This document shows positions 35,376-43,597 of a stretch of 44,212 nucleotides of DNA, one piece after another (the first letter of the stretch is position 1; every line of letters begins with the position of its first letter). Below the pieces are notes generated by a model, which did no database searches, had not been told where the DNA came from, and saw nothing but the letters and a program-made list of their open reading frames with translations. The DNA is taken from NCBI GenBank assembly GCA_964481585.1, contig CAYZVT010000001.1, positions 1 to 44,212 on the forward strand. Reading direction: 5' to 3'. Both the position numbers and the translations under genes were made by a program. Source of the DNA: an uncultured Pirellulales bacterium. GTDB taxonomy: Bacteria > Planctomycetota > Planctomycetia > Pirellulales > CAYZVT01.

Positions 35376-37930
35376 GCCAGGAACTGATTTACACCTCCGC
35401 CCCGCGCGGCTTGAAAGTCGGCAGCCGGGGGTTTTGCACCGTCGCCAGTACACCCGGTATGGCCAAAAATCTGGCCGAACGGCTCGAAGCCCTGAGCGGC
35501 TATCGGCATGTCTTTCCGCCACAAGATCCGCAGGCCGCGCTCAACCCCGTGGCGTGGTCGTGCCTCGCGCTGCAACTGGGGCCACTGCGCTACTGGGTGC
35601 TTTCGCGCGTGGCCGACGCGGGGCTGGATTATTCGCAGCGCACCAATAAGCTCGCCCATCATTTGGTCCTGGCCCAAGGCGAACTGCCGGCCGCCGGCCC
35701 CGCCGCGACGCTTGCGCAGCCGGGCGTGATGGAGACCCGTTGGACGGGCGAGCCGCGCCTGCTCACCAGTGGTCGCCCGCTACCCAAGGGCGACGCGCCA
35801 CCGAGCGTCTGTCACGCTTGGCAGCAAACGGCCGGCGACGCCGGTTGGGCGGGCGTCCTGGCGCAAACGCTGATTGACGGCCCGCGCGAGGCGTGCTTAA
35901 TCTTCCGCCCGGGCCAAGACCTGCTGCCGCTGATCCGCGAGGCACAAGCCTTGCTGCCGGCTGCGCTGCGCTGGCAAGCGACGTTCAGTACCTACTACAC
36001 GAAACTGCCGGCGGGAGCCGAATGCGCGTGGCGGTGCGTCGTCGATGGCACGCCCGAAGCAACCGCCGCGCGGCGCGCGGCGCATGCCTTGGTGCTCGAC
36101 TTAACCCGTCCCCTCGGCGCCGCCCCACAAACCACGGCGACCACCGCCGCCCGGCAAGGCCAATTGCTCACCTTGCCCGCCCCGCGCAGCGCGACGCCCG
36201 ACGCCGCACCGGACGCCGCCACCCCCGAGTCCACCGCCGCCGGGCGGTCCAGCGGCGACTACGGCCTCGCGCCGCCCGCCCTGGTCCAACCGCCCGACCG
36301 AGGCTTCCCCCCGCCCCGCACCGGCGAACCCATCCGCTTCCACCGTCCCAAACGCCGCCGGCGCGGGATGTTGCTCGCGGCGTTAGTCGGACTCTTGGCG
36401 GGAATGGCAGGCGTGTGGGCCTGGCGTCAATATGGCACCGCCGCGCCCGTCGTAGCGACGGCCCCTAAAGCAGCGGCTGCATCGCCCGGCAAAGCGAAGC
36501 CCAAGAAAGTGGCGGAGAAGTCTGTAGAAACGGAGGCCGCTCGGCCCGTGCCGTCGGTGCCGGAGCAGAAAGATCGTGGCGCAGGTGGAGGCACTGCCAC
36601 ACCGCAAGGACGCGACATGGATGGCGACAATAATTCTTCGTCGAGGGACAGTGGTGACGCAGACCAACGCCAAAACTCAACGACCGAGACAGGCGGCGAA
36701 GGAGGATCGGAATCGACAGAGCCACGGAAAAAGAAGCATGCGGAAGCGCAAGAAGACAAGAAAGAGCCGAAGAAAGAGCCTCTCCCTAAACAAGAACCGG
36801 CAGCCAAGGATCCATTTGCCGACCTGCCGCTGGTGATTGTGATGAAAGAGACGGGAACTGGCAGCGGTTTGGGATCAGAACCAACCGACGATTCGATCAT
36901 CCTTCATGCCGATCCGAAATCTGTCGAGTTGGAGTTGATCCGGCTATTCGCAACTGCCCCGGGAGATGAACTTAAATTAAAAAATGAATCCGACGCAACA
37001 CAACGTACGTGGAACGTGATGTGGAATGCCACGTCGATTGGCAGCGTGAGCTTAACTTCCAACACGCCCAAAGAACGGCCTGCATCGGCGAAGCTCTCGT
37101 TCGAGTGGAAACTGCCCAAGGGCGAGGGCGAGGGCCTGAAGAAAAAAATTGCCGCATTCGGATTGCTCATTCGCGTGGGAAAAGAAAAGGTCGCTTGCCG
37201 GTGGATTACCGACAAGCCCTTGGCGACAAAAAATAGATTGACGCTTAGCCAGAGACACCAGGACGGCAGATTGATATTGCCAGGGTTACCTAAGGTGAAC
37301 TCACCGTTCGGATACGACCTTCAGATTCTTTCAGCTTCCTATCCCAATCCGAATCAATGGAACAAGAAGCTTTCTCGCGAGATGGTTTTGTTAGACTCGG
37401 GACCGATTGACAACACTGGCAATTACCATCGCCTCCTTTGCCGTTGCCGTCTGAGCCTTGACCACACCCAGTCAAGTATCGGATACGATCTTCGAGTCGT
37501 CGGCTTTACGCATGAACATACTCGAAGCCTGGAGTACGGCGAAAAGAGCATTGCAGACTGGCTTGAGCAGAACCGTGGGACTTCATCAGACAGGTTACAG
37601 CGCGTTACGAATGCTGAACAAAGGCGAGGCGATCTGAGCGGGGAAGTGGACGATATGACTCAACAACTTGAGAAAGCCCATGACAAAAATAAAAAGCAGA
37701 TAGAACAGCAGCTAGAAGACGCGAAAAAGAAGCTACGCAGCGCGGAGCATGAGCTAGCAAAGGTGCAATTTGACAAAGCCGTGGACGACTTTTCTCGGGC
37801 GCTTCAAAAGCAAGATGTCACGCTCTCCGTGCGCATCGTGCTTGTTGATCCTCAGAAACGCTTTCCTCCGGTTCCGGTTTTGGATTTTACTCGCGATACT
37901 CACAGCGAAACCCTTACGACGCGGAACTAA
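35372..37930 (+). CDS. GAP1-like (GTPase-associated protein 1-like) bitopic protein with charged low-complexity linker and low-GC C-terminal module
   Basis: Its ATG overlaps the GTPase stop (ATGA at 35372-35375). N-terminus MSQELIYTSAPRGLKVGSRGFCTVAS...DYSQRTNKLAHHLVL. TM segment at about 36368-36424. K/E/D/S-rich linker. The C-terminal 350 aa are encoded at 40-45% GC. Confidence 0.7.
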   Translation: MSQELIYTSAPRGLKVGSRGFCTVASTPGMAKNLAERLEALSGYRHVFPPQDPQAALNPVAWSCLALQLGPLRYWVLSRVADAGLDYSQRTNKLAHHLVLAQGELPAAGPAATLAQPGVMETRWTGEPRLLTSGRPLPKGDAPPSVCHAWQQTAGDAGWAGVLAQTLIDGPREACLIFRPGQDLLPLIREAQALLPAALRWQATFSTYYTKLPAGAECAWRCVVDGTPEATAARRAAHALVLDLTRPLGAAPQTTATTAARQGQLLTLPAPRSATPDAAPDAATPESTAAGRSSGDYGLAPPALVQPPDRGFPPPRTGEPIRFHRPKRRRRGMLLAALVGLLAGMAGVWAWRQYGTAAPVVATAPKAAAASPGKAKPKKVAEKSVETEAARPVPSVPEQKDRGAGGGTATPQGRDMDGDNNSSSRDSGDADQRQNSTTETGGEGGSESTEPRKKKHAEAQEDKKEPKKEPLPKQEPAAKDPFADLPLVIVMKETGTGSGLGSEPTDDSIILHADPKSVELELIRLFATAPGDELKLKNESDATQRTWNVMWNATSIGSVSLTSNTPKERPASAKLSFEWKLPKGEGEGLKKKIAAFGLLIRVGKEKVACRWITDKPLATKNRLTLSQRHQDGRLILPGLPKVNSPFGYDLQILSASYPNPNQWNKKLSREMVLLDSGPIDNTGNYHRLLCRCRLSLDHTQSSIGYDLRVVGFTHEHTRSLEYGEKSIADWLEQNRGTSSDRLQRVTNAEQRRGDLSGEVDDMTQQLEKAHDKNKKQIEQQLEDAKKKLRSAEHELAKVQFDKAVDDFSRALQKQDVTLSVRIVLVDPQKRFPPVPVLDFTRDTHSETLTTRN

Positions 37931-37932
37931 CC

Positions 37933-40851
37933 ATGCTGCGCCAGCACCAGTTTATTGATGAGATTCAGCAGGCCGTGTATGCGCCGATGTCGGCGGAGCC
38001 GGAGTTGTTGCGGGATGCGGCGGCGGAGTATAGCGAGGCGTGTAGCACGGCCAATGCGCGGCTGCGGCAGGTGGGTTACTTGTTGCGGCAGGGGCTGCGG
38101 AGCGAGGCGCTGCAGGAGGCCGAACGCGAGCCGAACTTGCTCGATCTGGTCGCGCTGCTCGATTTTCCCGAGGCACCGGTCTGGTGTGCGCTGTTGCAAC
38201 AGTGGGGCATGGCGACGCCGCCGGCGCTGGCGGTCGATGTCGCGGCCGATCTGAATCAAGCCTACGCCGATCAAGAGCCGCTCAAAGAGATGCTCAAAAA
38301 GCATCGGCTGTTGGCCCTGGCCCGTGCGCCGCTCCATGCCCGCATCCATACTTTGCGGCGCATCCGCCAGGCCGATCCGGACAACGCCGCCTGGTATGCC
38401 GATCTCCAAGCGTTGGAAGAAGCCCGGCTGAATCAACTCGCCCAGGAAGCGGAGCGGGCCTTTGCGCGGGCGGATGCCGAGCAACTGCGTGCCCTGGCGT
38501 CGGAACTGCAAGCGGGCGACTGGCTCGCGCCCCCCGCGCCGGAACTTGTGGCCCGCGTGCGGCAACTCGAACAACAGATCGCTGCGAGACAAGCGCGGCT
38601 GGCGCTGGAGCAGTTGGAGCCGGAATTGACGGCAGCCTACGCCGCCTTCGATGTGGAAGCAGGCGCTGCGCTCCGCACGCGCTGGGAAGCACTGGCCGCC
38701 CAGGCGCAGCTTGCGCCTCACGACCCGCTGGCCGAACGGGCGGAGCCGGCGCTGGAATGGTTGGCCGACCAGGATGAGCTGGCCGCTCGCCGCGCGGCGC
38801 ATCAGGCGGCGGTCTATCGGCTGGAGGAAGCGCTGGCCGACGATGCTACGCCTGGACAACTCGAAAAGCTCTACCATGCCGTGCCCGACCACGAGGAGGG
38901 CGTGCCGCTTCCGTTGCAAAATCGCCTCCGCGCGCGGGTTGCCGCCGCCGAGCTGAACCAGCGCCGCAAGCACATGCTGACCGTGGTCGGCATCGCGGGG
39001 GGATTGCTGCTCGTCGCCGGCGTGGTTTTTATGCTCCTGCGGATGCAACAGCACGGCCGGCAGGTCACCGCGAGCACGCAAAGCTTACGGCAACTGATCG
39101 ACCATGGCCGCTTGGACGAAGCCGACCAGTTTTTCGATAACCTCCGCACGAGCGCTCCCAAAGTCGCCGAAGCCGCCGAAGTCCAACAGCAGCTTGGCCG
39201 ACTGCGCGGCGCGCAATCCGACGAACAAGCACGCCGCGCGGCGTTCACCCAGGCGATCGAGCAAGCCGAAGCGGCAGGTCCAGAGCAGCCCGACGAAACG
39301 GCGCTGGAACTGGCCCGCGAAAAAGTCCGCACCGACAGCGAAAAGGCACGCCTCTCGCGATTTGAATCGGCCGTCGCCGCAGCCCGCCGCGCACAGCAGA
39401 AAGCGCGGGACGACATATTTTTGGCGAAACTCGCAGCGCTGCGCGACAAGCTCGCCCAGTTGGAAGAAAGCACCCGCGAGAATGAACAGTCGGAAGCGGA
39501 GCTTGCGCAGCTGGCCGCCGAGCTGCGCAGCCTGCGCGAGAGCAACGGGCTGGTCACGCGGTCGATCTTGGCCCAAGCCGATCCGTTGATCGTACGGACC
39601 GACGCGCTGCGCAAGCATGTGCGGACGCGGATCGCGCAGCAAAAGCAGTTGCGTGAAATCACTACTGCCGTGGGCGACGTGTCACGATTCAGCGAAGAGT
39701 TGGCGCGGTTTGCCACGCTGTATCCCGAAGCCGCCTCCGCCGCGGCGTTCCGCACGGTGGCTCAGGAAGCCGATACTTGGCAGGGCATGGTCGAATGGTC
39801 GCAACTGCTGGCCGCGCCCGAGCTGCGCCGACTCGCCGCGCTTTCGCCCAAGGCGGCCCAAGCGTTGTTGATGCGCGGCCAGGCGCTGCGGCAGCGTTAT
39901 GCCGGGATTCCGCTGGCGGAAGAGTTCGCCGACAAGGAACCGTACCTGCAGGACTTGGCGCAGCGGCAATTCGACTCCGACGATCCGCCCTCCGCTGCCG
40001 CGCCGCAAAACCAGACGAAGCAACTCCTGAACGATCCGCTCATCGCCAACATCTGGATGGTGCAAGAGGCCGACGGCACGCGCTACTATCTGACGCGCAA
40101 GCCGGACATGAGCAATGCCAGCGCGACGGGACGGGTGGCGATCGAGTACCTCGCCGGCTTCGATCTGAAAACGCAGCGCGCCGGCATTGAGACGCGCACC
40201 TTGACCTACAATGACGAAGCGCCGCAAACGCGGGCGGCCCGCCGGTGCCTGGAGCATCTCCGTGATCTGACGGCGAATAACTGGGAGGAGACGTATTTTC
40301 GGCTGTTGAAAGAAGTGCTCGACGACGAGCAAATCGACCCGATCCTCAAGCTGGTACTGGTCCAGCGCATCGCCTCGCATGGCGGGCTGGCGAGCACCAT
40401 CTTCCGCACCGCTTGGGAGCCGTGCGAACGGCATCTGAAAAGCGCCGAATTGCAACTTGGCGCGCCGTGGATGCTGCCCCGCGACGACGAGGCCGTGCAG
40501 GCCCGCAACGCCGCCGAGCATGTGCTCGCGACGCTTCCCCCCTGGAATGAAGCGGCGCGCGCGGCGGCGACGAAGCTGCGCGAGGTCCAGGCGCCGCCGC
40601 GGCATCAGTACCACTGGATCGGCTGGCTGGAGCATGATCCGCAGGCGGGCTGGCGGTGCCGCACGCCGAGCGGCGCGTTCTCCGACGGGAATTTGCTGGT
40701 GATCTATCGTCCGGCAGATGCCCAGCGGGCGGAACTCGCGCCCGTGGCCACGCGATCGGGCGGTAGCATCACCTGGCAGGCCGAAACCTCGACGGCATTT
40801 CAAGCCGGACGTCCCATTTTTTTACAAGTCACGGGCCGAGCCACGAAGTGA
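37933..40851 (+). CDS. 972-aa predominantly helical bitopic membrane protein
   Basis: ATG lies 2 nt after the previous stop. About 350-aa N-terminal helical region. One TM segment (MLTVVGIAGGLLLVAGVVFMLL, about 38974-39042). Long A/E/Q/R-rich coiled-coil stretch, then a globular C-terminal region. Confidence 0.7.
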   Translation: MLRQHQFIDEIQQAVYAPMSAEPELLRDAAAEYSEACSTANARLRQVGYLLRQGLRSEALQEAEREPNLLDLVALLDFPEAPVWCALLQQWGMATPPALAVDVAADLNQAYADQEPLKEMLKKHRLLALARAPLHARIHTLRRIRQADPDNAAWYADLQALEEARLNQLAQEAERAFARADAEQLRALASELQAGDWLAPPAPELVARVRQLEQQIAARQARLALEQLEPELTAAYAAFDVEAGAALRTRWEALAAQAQLAPHDPLAERAEPALEWLADQDELAARRAAHQAAVYRLEEALADDATPGQLEKLYHAVPDHEEGVPLPLQNRLRARVAAAELNQRRKHMLTVVGIAGGLLLVAGVVFMLLRMQQHGRQVTASTQSLRQLIDHGRLDEADQFFDNLRTSAPKVAEAAEVQQQLGRLRGAQSDEQARRAAFTQAIEQAEAAGPEQPDETALELAREKVRTDSEKARLSRFESAVAAARRAQQKARDDIFLAKLAALRDKLAQLEESTRENEQSEAELAQLAAELRSLRESNGLVTRSILAQADPLIVRTDALRKHVRTRIAQQKQLREITTAVGDVSRFSEELARFATLYPEAASAAAFRTVAQEADTWQGMVEWSQLLAAPELRRLAALSPKAAQALLMRGQALRQRYAGIPLAEEFADKEPYLQDLAQRQFDSDDPPSAAAPQNQTKQLLNDPLIANIWMVQEADGTRYYLTRKPDMSNASATGRVAIEYLAGFDLKTQRAGIETRTLTYNDEAPQTRAARRCLEHLRDLTANNWEETYFRLLKEVLDDEQIDPILKLVLVQRIASHGGLASTIFRTAWEPCERHLKSAELQLGAPWMLPRDDEAVQARNAAEHVLATLPPWNEAARAAATKLREVQAPPRHQYHWIGWLEHDPQAGWRCRTPSGAFSDGNLLVIYRPADAQRAELAPVATRSGGSITWQAETSTAFQAGRPIFLQVTGRATK

Positions 40852-40895
40852 GCACGAATCTCGCCTTCGCTTTTTGGAAACGTGAGGTGTCAATC

Positions 40896-41410
40896 ATGGA
40901 ACAAGCACTCTACATCCGCATTCGCGGCCGGGTTCAAGGTCCCTTCGAACCGGACAAGCTCAAGGCGCTCGCCAAGCGAGGGCAACTGAGCCGGATGCAT
41001 CAGGTTTCTCCCGACGGCGCGAACTGGCAGCGGGCGAGCGATTATCCCGACCTGTTCGTCACGACCGCGACCGTGCCGGCAGCCGCGATGGGCAACGGCG
41101 CAGTGGGTAACGGCGCGGCGAGCGCGCCCGCGTTTGAGGAGCAAACGACTTCGGCCGAACCGCTGGGGGCGCAAGGCTCGGCCCAATGGTACTACGCCAA
41201 GGGGGAGAGCCAATTCGGTCCCACCGACTTTGAGCACTTGCGGCAACTTGCCGCCAGCGGCCAACTCCGCCCTCAGGATGCCGTCTGGAGCGAAGGCATG
41301 AGCGGTTGGGCCACGGCCGACAGCATCGCCGGGCTAACCTTTGGCGCCGCGCCGCAAGTCGCCGGCTCTGAACACGGGGTGCATGGTTCTCAGACGAGCA
41401 TAGCCGGCCG
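40896..41410 (+). CDS. GYF-GYF domain protein, N-terminal part of a frameshifted gene
   Basis: ATG 40896 with a GTGAGGTG SD sequence. GYF_2-like motifs ALYIRIRGRVQGPFEPDKLKALAKRGQL and QWYYAKGESQFGPTDFEHLRQLAASGQLRPQDAVWSEGMSGWATADSI. After about 41410 the frame turns Arg/Gly-rich and junk-like, although it stays open to 42014. Confidence 0.55.
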
Positions 41411-41414
41411 GCCG
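41403..41414 (+). repeat. (GCCG)3 tetranucleotide tract at the GYF-gene frame junction
   Basis: Read directly: gccg gccg gccg at 41403-41414. Removing one unit fuses the two frames. Confidence 0.9.
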
Positions 41415-41454
41415 CACGTCGCGTCGCGAGAGTACGGAAGTCAGCGACAGCATC

Positions 41455-41856
41455 GTGCGGCCGCTGTTGGCTTCCAAAGGCTGGGTGACATTTCTCGGGG
41501 TCTTTGCGATTATCTTGGGCGGCATTGCGCTCTTGCCGGCCATGTTGCTCTTTTCCGCAGCGGCCCGCGAACCGGAGGTGCTGTTTCTAGGTCTCAGCCC
41601 TCTGCTGAACTGCGCGGTCTTAGTCACGACCGGAGTGCTGCTGCTGGGCTACAGCGGGGCAATCCGCGACCTGGCCTATACGCCCAGCACCGTGCGACTC
41701 GCCGCCGCGATGCGGAAACTCTCGACCTTCTGGACGTTCGCGGGGATTGTGGCGCTCGTGTTCCTGGGGCTCACGGTGGTGGTGGTTTTATTGATGGTCC
41801 TGGGACTGGTCGGCATGGCGGCTGCGCTGTCCGACGTGATGCTTCTGACTCTCTAA
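41455..41856 (+). CDS. polytopic membrane module (C-terminal part of the GYF gene, or a separate GTG-initiated ORF)
   Basis: The frame is open from 41404. It predicts 3-4 TM helices (WVTFLGVFAIILGGIALLPAMLLF, VLVTTGVLLLGY, FWTFAGIVALVFLGLTVVVVLLMVLGLVGM). Its stop lies 15 nt before the MotA-like start, matching the operon packing. Confidence 0.55.
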   Translation: MRPLLASKGWVTFLGVFAIILGGIALLPAMLLFSAAAREPEVLFLGLSPLLNCAVLVTTGVLLLGYSGAIRDLAYTPSTVRLAAAMRKLSTFWTFAGIVALVFLGLTVVVVLLMVLGLVGMAAALSDVMLLTL

Positions 41857-41871
41857 CTCGATCGGACCCTT

Positions 41872-42786
41872 ATGAATCTTTCGGCTACGACCGAGGCCTC
41901 GGCGGCCGCATCGGCGTCCAACCTAACTGGGCAAGAGCCGACCTTGTCGTGGGCCCGCCGCGACTTGGAGCAGCGGCTCGGCTTTCGCGGGGCGCGCTTC
42001 ACGCGCGTGAATAATCTGTTGTCGTTTCTGCTCGCGGGAGTGGCGACCGTCGGATTCTATCTGTTGCTGCTGCCGATCGCCGAGACGCCCCTGGCGGCGA
42101 TGTTTACCGAGCGCGGCCCGACTCCTTACTTCATCGCCTTCTTCTCCTGTTGGTCGCTGGCGATCCTGCTGCTTAAATGGGGGAAGCTGAAATTGCAGCG
42201 CCAAGCGCTCGCGCATCGCGTCGTGCCCGACGATCCGACCTTTGTGCTCTCGCCTAGCACGGCCGACGATGTGATGCACCGCATTTACGCCACGGTCGAT
42301 GATCCCCGGCATTTCTTGCTTTTCAATCGGATCGTGATCGCGCTGTCGAACCTTCGCAATCTGGGCCGCGTCTCCGATGTGGATGAGATTCTCCGCTCGC
42401 AAGCCGAACACGACGAGTCGTCGGTCGAAACCAGCTACGCGCTGCTCAAAGGCTTTATCTGGGCGATTCCGGTGCTGGGGTTCATCGGCACGGTGCTGGG
42501 CTTGTCGCAGGCCATCGGCGGCTTCGGCAGCGTGCTGGGCAATTCGCAAGACCTGAGCCAAATCGCCGCTTCGCTGAAGGGCGTGACGGCCGGGCTGGCA
42601 ACCGCTTTTGAAACGACGCTGGCCGCACTGGTTGCCGCGCTGGCGATTCAAATGCTGTTCACGTTCCTCAAAAAGTCCGAGGAAGAGTTTCTGGACGAGT
42701 GCGCCGAGTATTGCCATCGCCATGTGGTCAACCGCCTGCGGCTGATGCCGTTTGAATCCCAGGATGCGCAGCATGTCGCGTCGTAA
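41872..42786 (+). CDS. MotA/TolQ/ExbB proton-channel family protein
   Basis: 304 aa. TM helices plus the family signature region FIWAIPVLGFIGTVLGLSQAIGGF....LKGVTAGLATAFETTLAALVAALAIQMLF. Confidence 0.85.
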   Translation: MNLSATTEASAAASASNLTGQEPTLSWARRDLEQRLGFRGARFTRVNNLLSFLLAGVATVGFYLLLLPIAETPLAAMFTERGPTPYFIAFFSCWSLAILLLKWGKLKLQRQALAHRVVPDDPTFVLSPSTADDVMHRIYATVDDPRHFLLFNRIVIALSNLRNLGRVSDVDEILRSQAEHDESSVETSYALLKGFIWAIPVLGFIGTVLGLSQAIGGFGSVLGNSQDLSQIAASLKGVTAGLATAFETTLAALVAALAIQMLFTFLKKSEEEFLDECAEYCHRHVVNRLRLMPFESQDAQHVAS

Positions 42787-43597
42787 TCGGGATGTCACGC
42801 CATTTTCACTGTTCGCGTTTCAGGACATCATCACCGCGGTGACGGGCATCATCGTGCTGGTGACGCTGCTGTTGGCGCTGGACCTGTTCACCCGCAAGCC
42901 GAACACGCCCGACCTCGATACCCATGCGCTGGCCGAACAGGCTCGCCGGGCGATTGCCGCCGCGCAGGCGGAGCAGGTCGAGTTGGAGGCGCAACGGGCG
43001 CAGGATCAGACGGTCGTGTTGGCAACCGCCCGTCTTTCGCCGAGCGAGGTGGAACGGCGGCGGTACGATCTCACGCAGGAAAGTGCCCAGTTGCGGCGTG
43101 AATTGTCCGAGCTGGACGCGCAAGTGGCCCGTGCGGCGGCGGCCCGCGACAAACTGGAAGCGGAGCGTTACGAACGGCGCGACGACGCCGAGCAGCTCGC
43201 CGCGCTGCGGGCGCAGTTGGCGGCGCTCGAGGCGAAGCTGGCGGAGTTGGAGCAGTCGGAGCGGATGATTTACAACTTGCCCCCCGACGCCGAGAAGCAA
43301 GCCTGGCTGGTCGAGGTGGGCGAGGAGGAAGTGCAAGTGGCCCGCGCGGGGATCGACGAGCCGCCGCAAACGTACTCTGCCCGCGAGACTGTGCTCAGCG
43401 ACTCGCCGCTGACGGAATGGATTCGCACGCGCCAGCCAGCTCGCGAGTACTTCGTGCTTTTGGTGCGCCCGCAGGGGGTCCGCGTTTTCGACGACTTGCG
43501 CGAGCATTTGCGCCGGGAGGGATTTGAATACGGCTTCGATCTCATCGGCCGGGACGTGACGGTGTTTGACCCGGAACATGGAGCCGCCGCACCATGA
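42773..43597 (+). CDS. ExbD/TolR-like single-pass protein with inserted coiled-coil stalk
   Basis: ATG 42773 (AGGA SD sequence) overlaps the MotA-like gene by 14 nt. N-terminus FSLFAFQDIITAVTGIIVLVTLLLAL is ExbD-like. About 100-aa A/E/Q/R heptad region. C-terminus YFVLLVRPQGVRVFDDLREHLRREGFEYGFDL is ExbD-periplasmic-domain-like. Confidence 0.6.
   Translation: MSRRNRDVTPFSLFAFQDIITAVTGIIVLVTLLLALDLFTRKPNTPDLDTHALAEQARRAIAAAQAEQVELEAQRAQDQTVVLATARLSPSEVERRRYDLTQESAQLRRELSELDAQVARAAAARDKLEAERYERRDDAEQLAALRAQLAALEAKLAELEQSERMIYNLPPDAEKQAWLVEVGEEEVQVARAGIDEPPQTYSARETVLSDSPLTEWIRTRQPAREYFVLLVRPQGVRVFDDLREHLRREGFEYGFDLIGRDVTVFDPEHGAAAP

Noticed and set aside
34281-35522. 413-aa minus-strand ORF antisense to the GTPase gene. 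The same applies to 37927..39081, 39682..40803, 41923..42798, 42806..43579 and 43270..43965 on the minus strand.
   Set aside because: All are Arg-rich and motif-free. They oppose plus-strand ORFs that have clear P-loop, TM, MotA or coiled-coil features and operon-consistent spacing.
41411-42014. Continuation of the GYF ORF in its original frame to the stop at 42014
   Set aside because: The translation becomes Arg/Gly/Ala-rich nonsense. It would also overlap the MotA-like gene by 143 nt. The +1 frame encodes a well-formed polytopic membrane module ending 15 nt before the MotA start.
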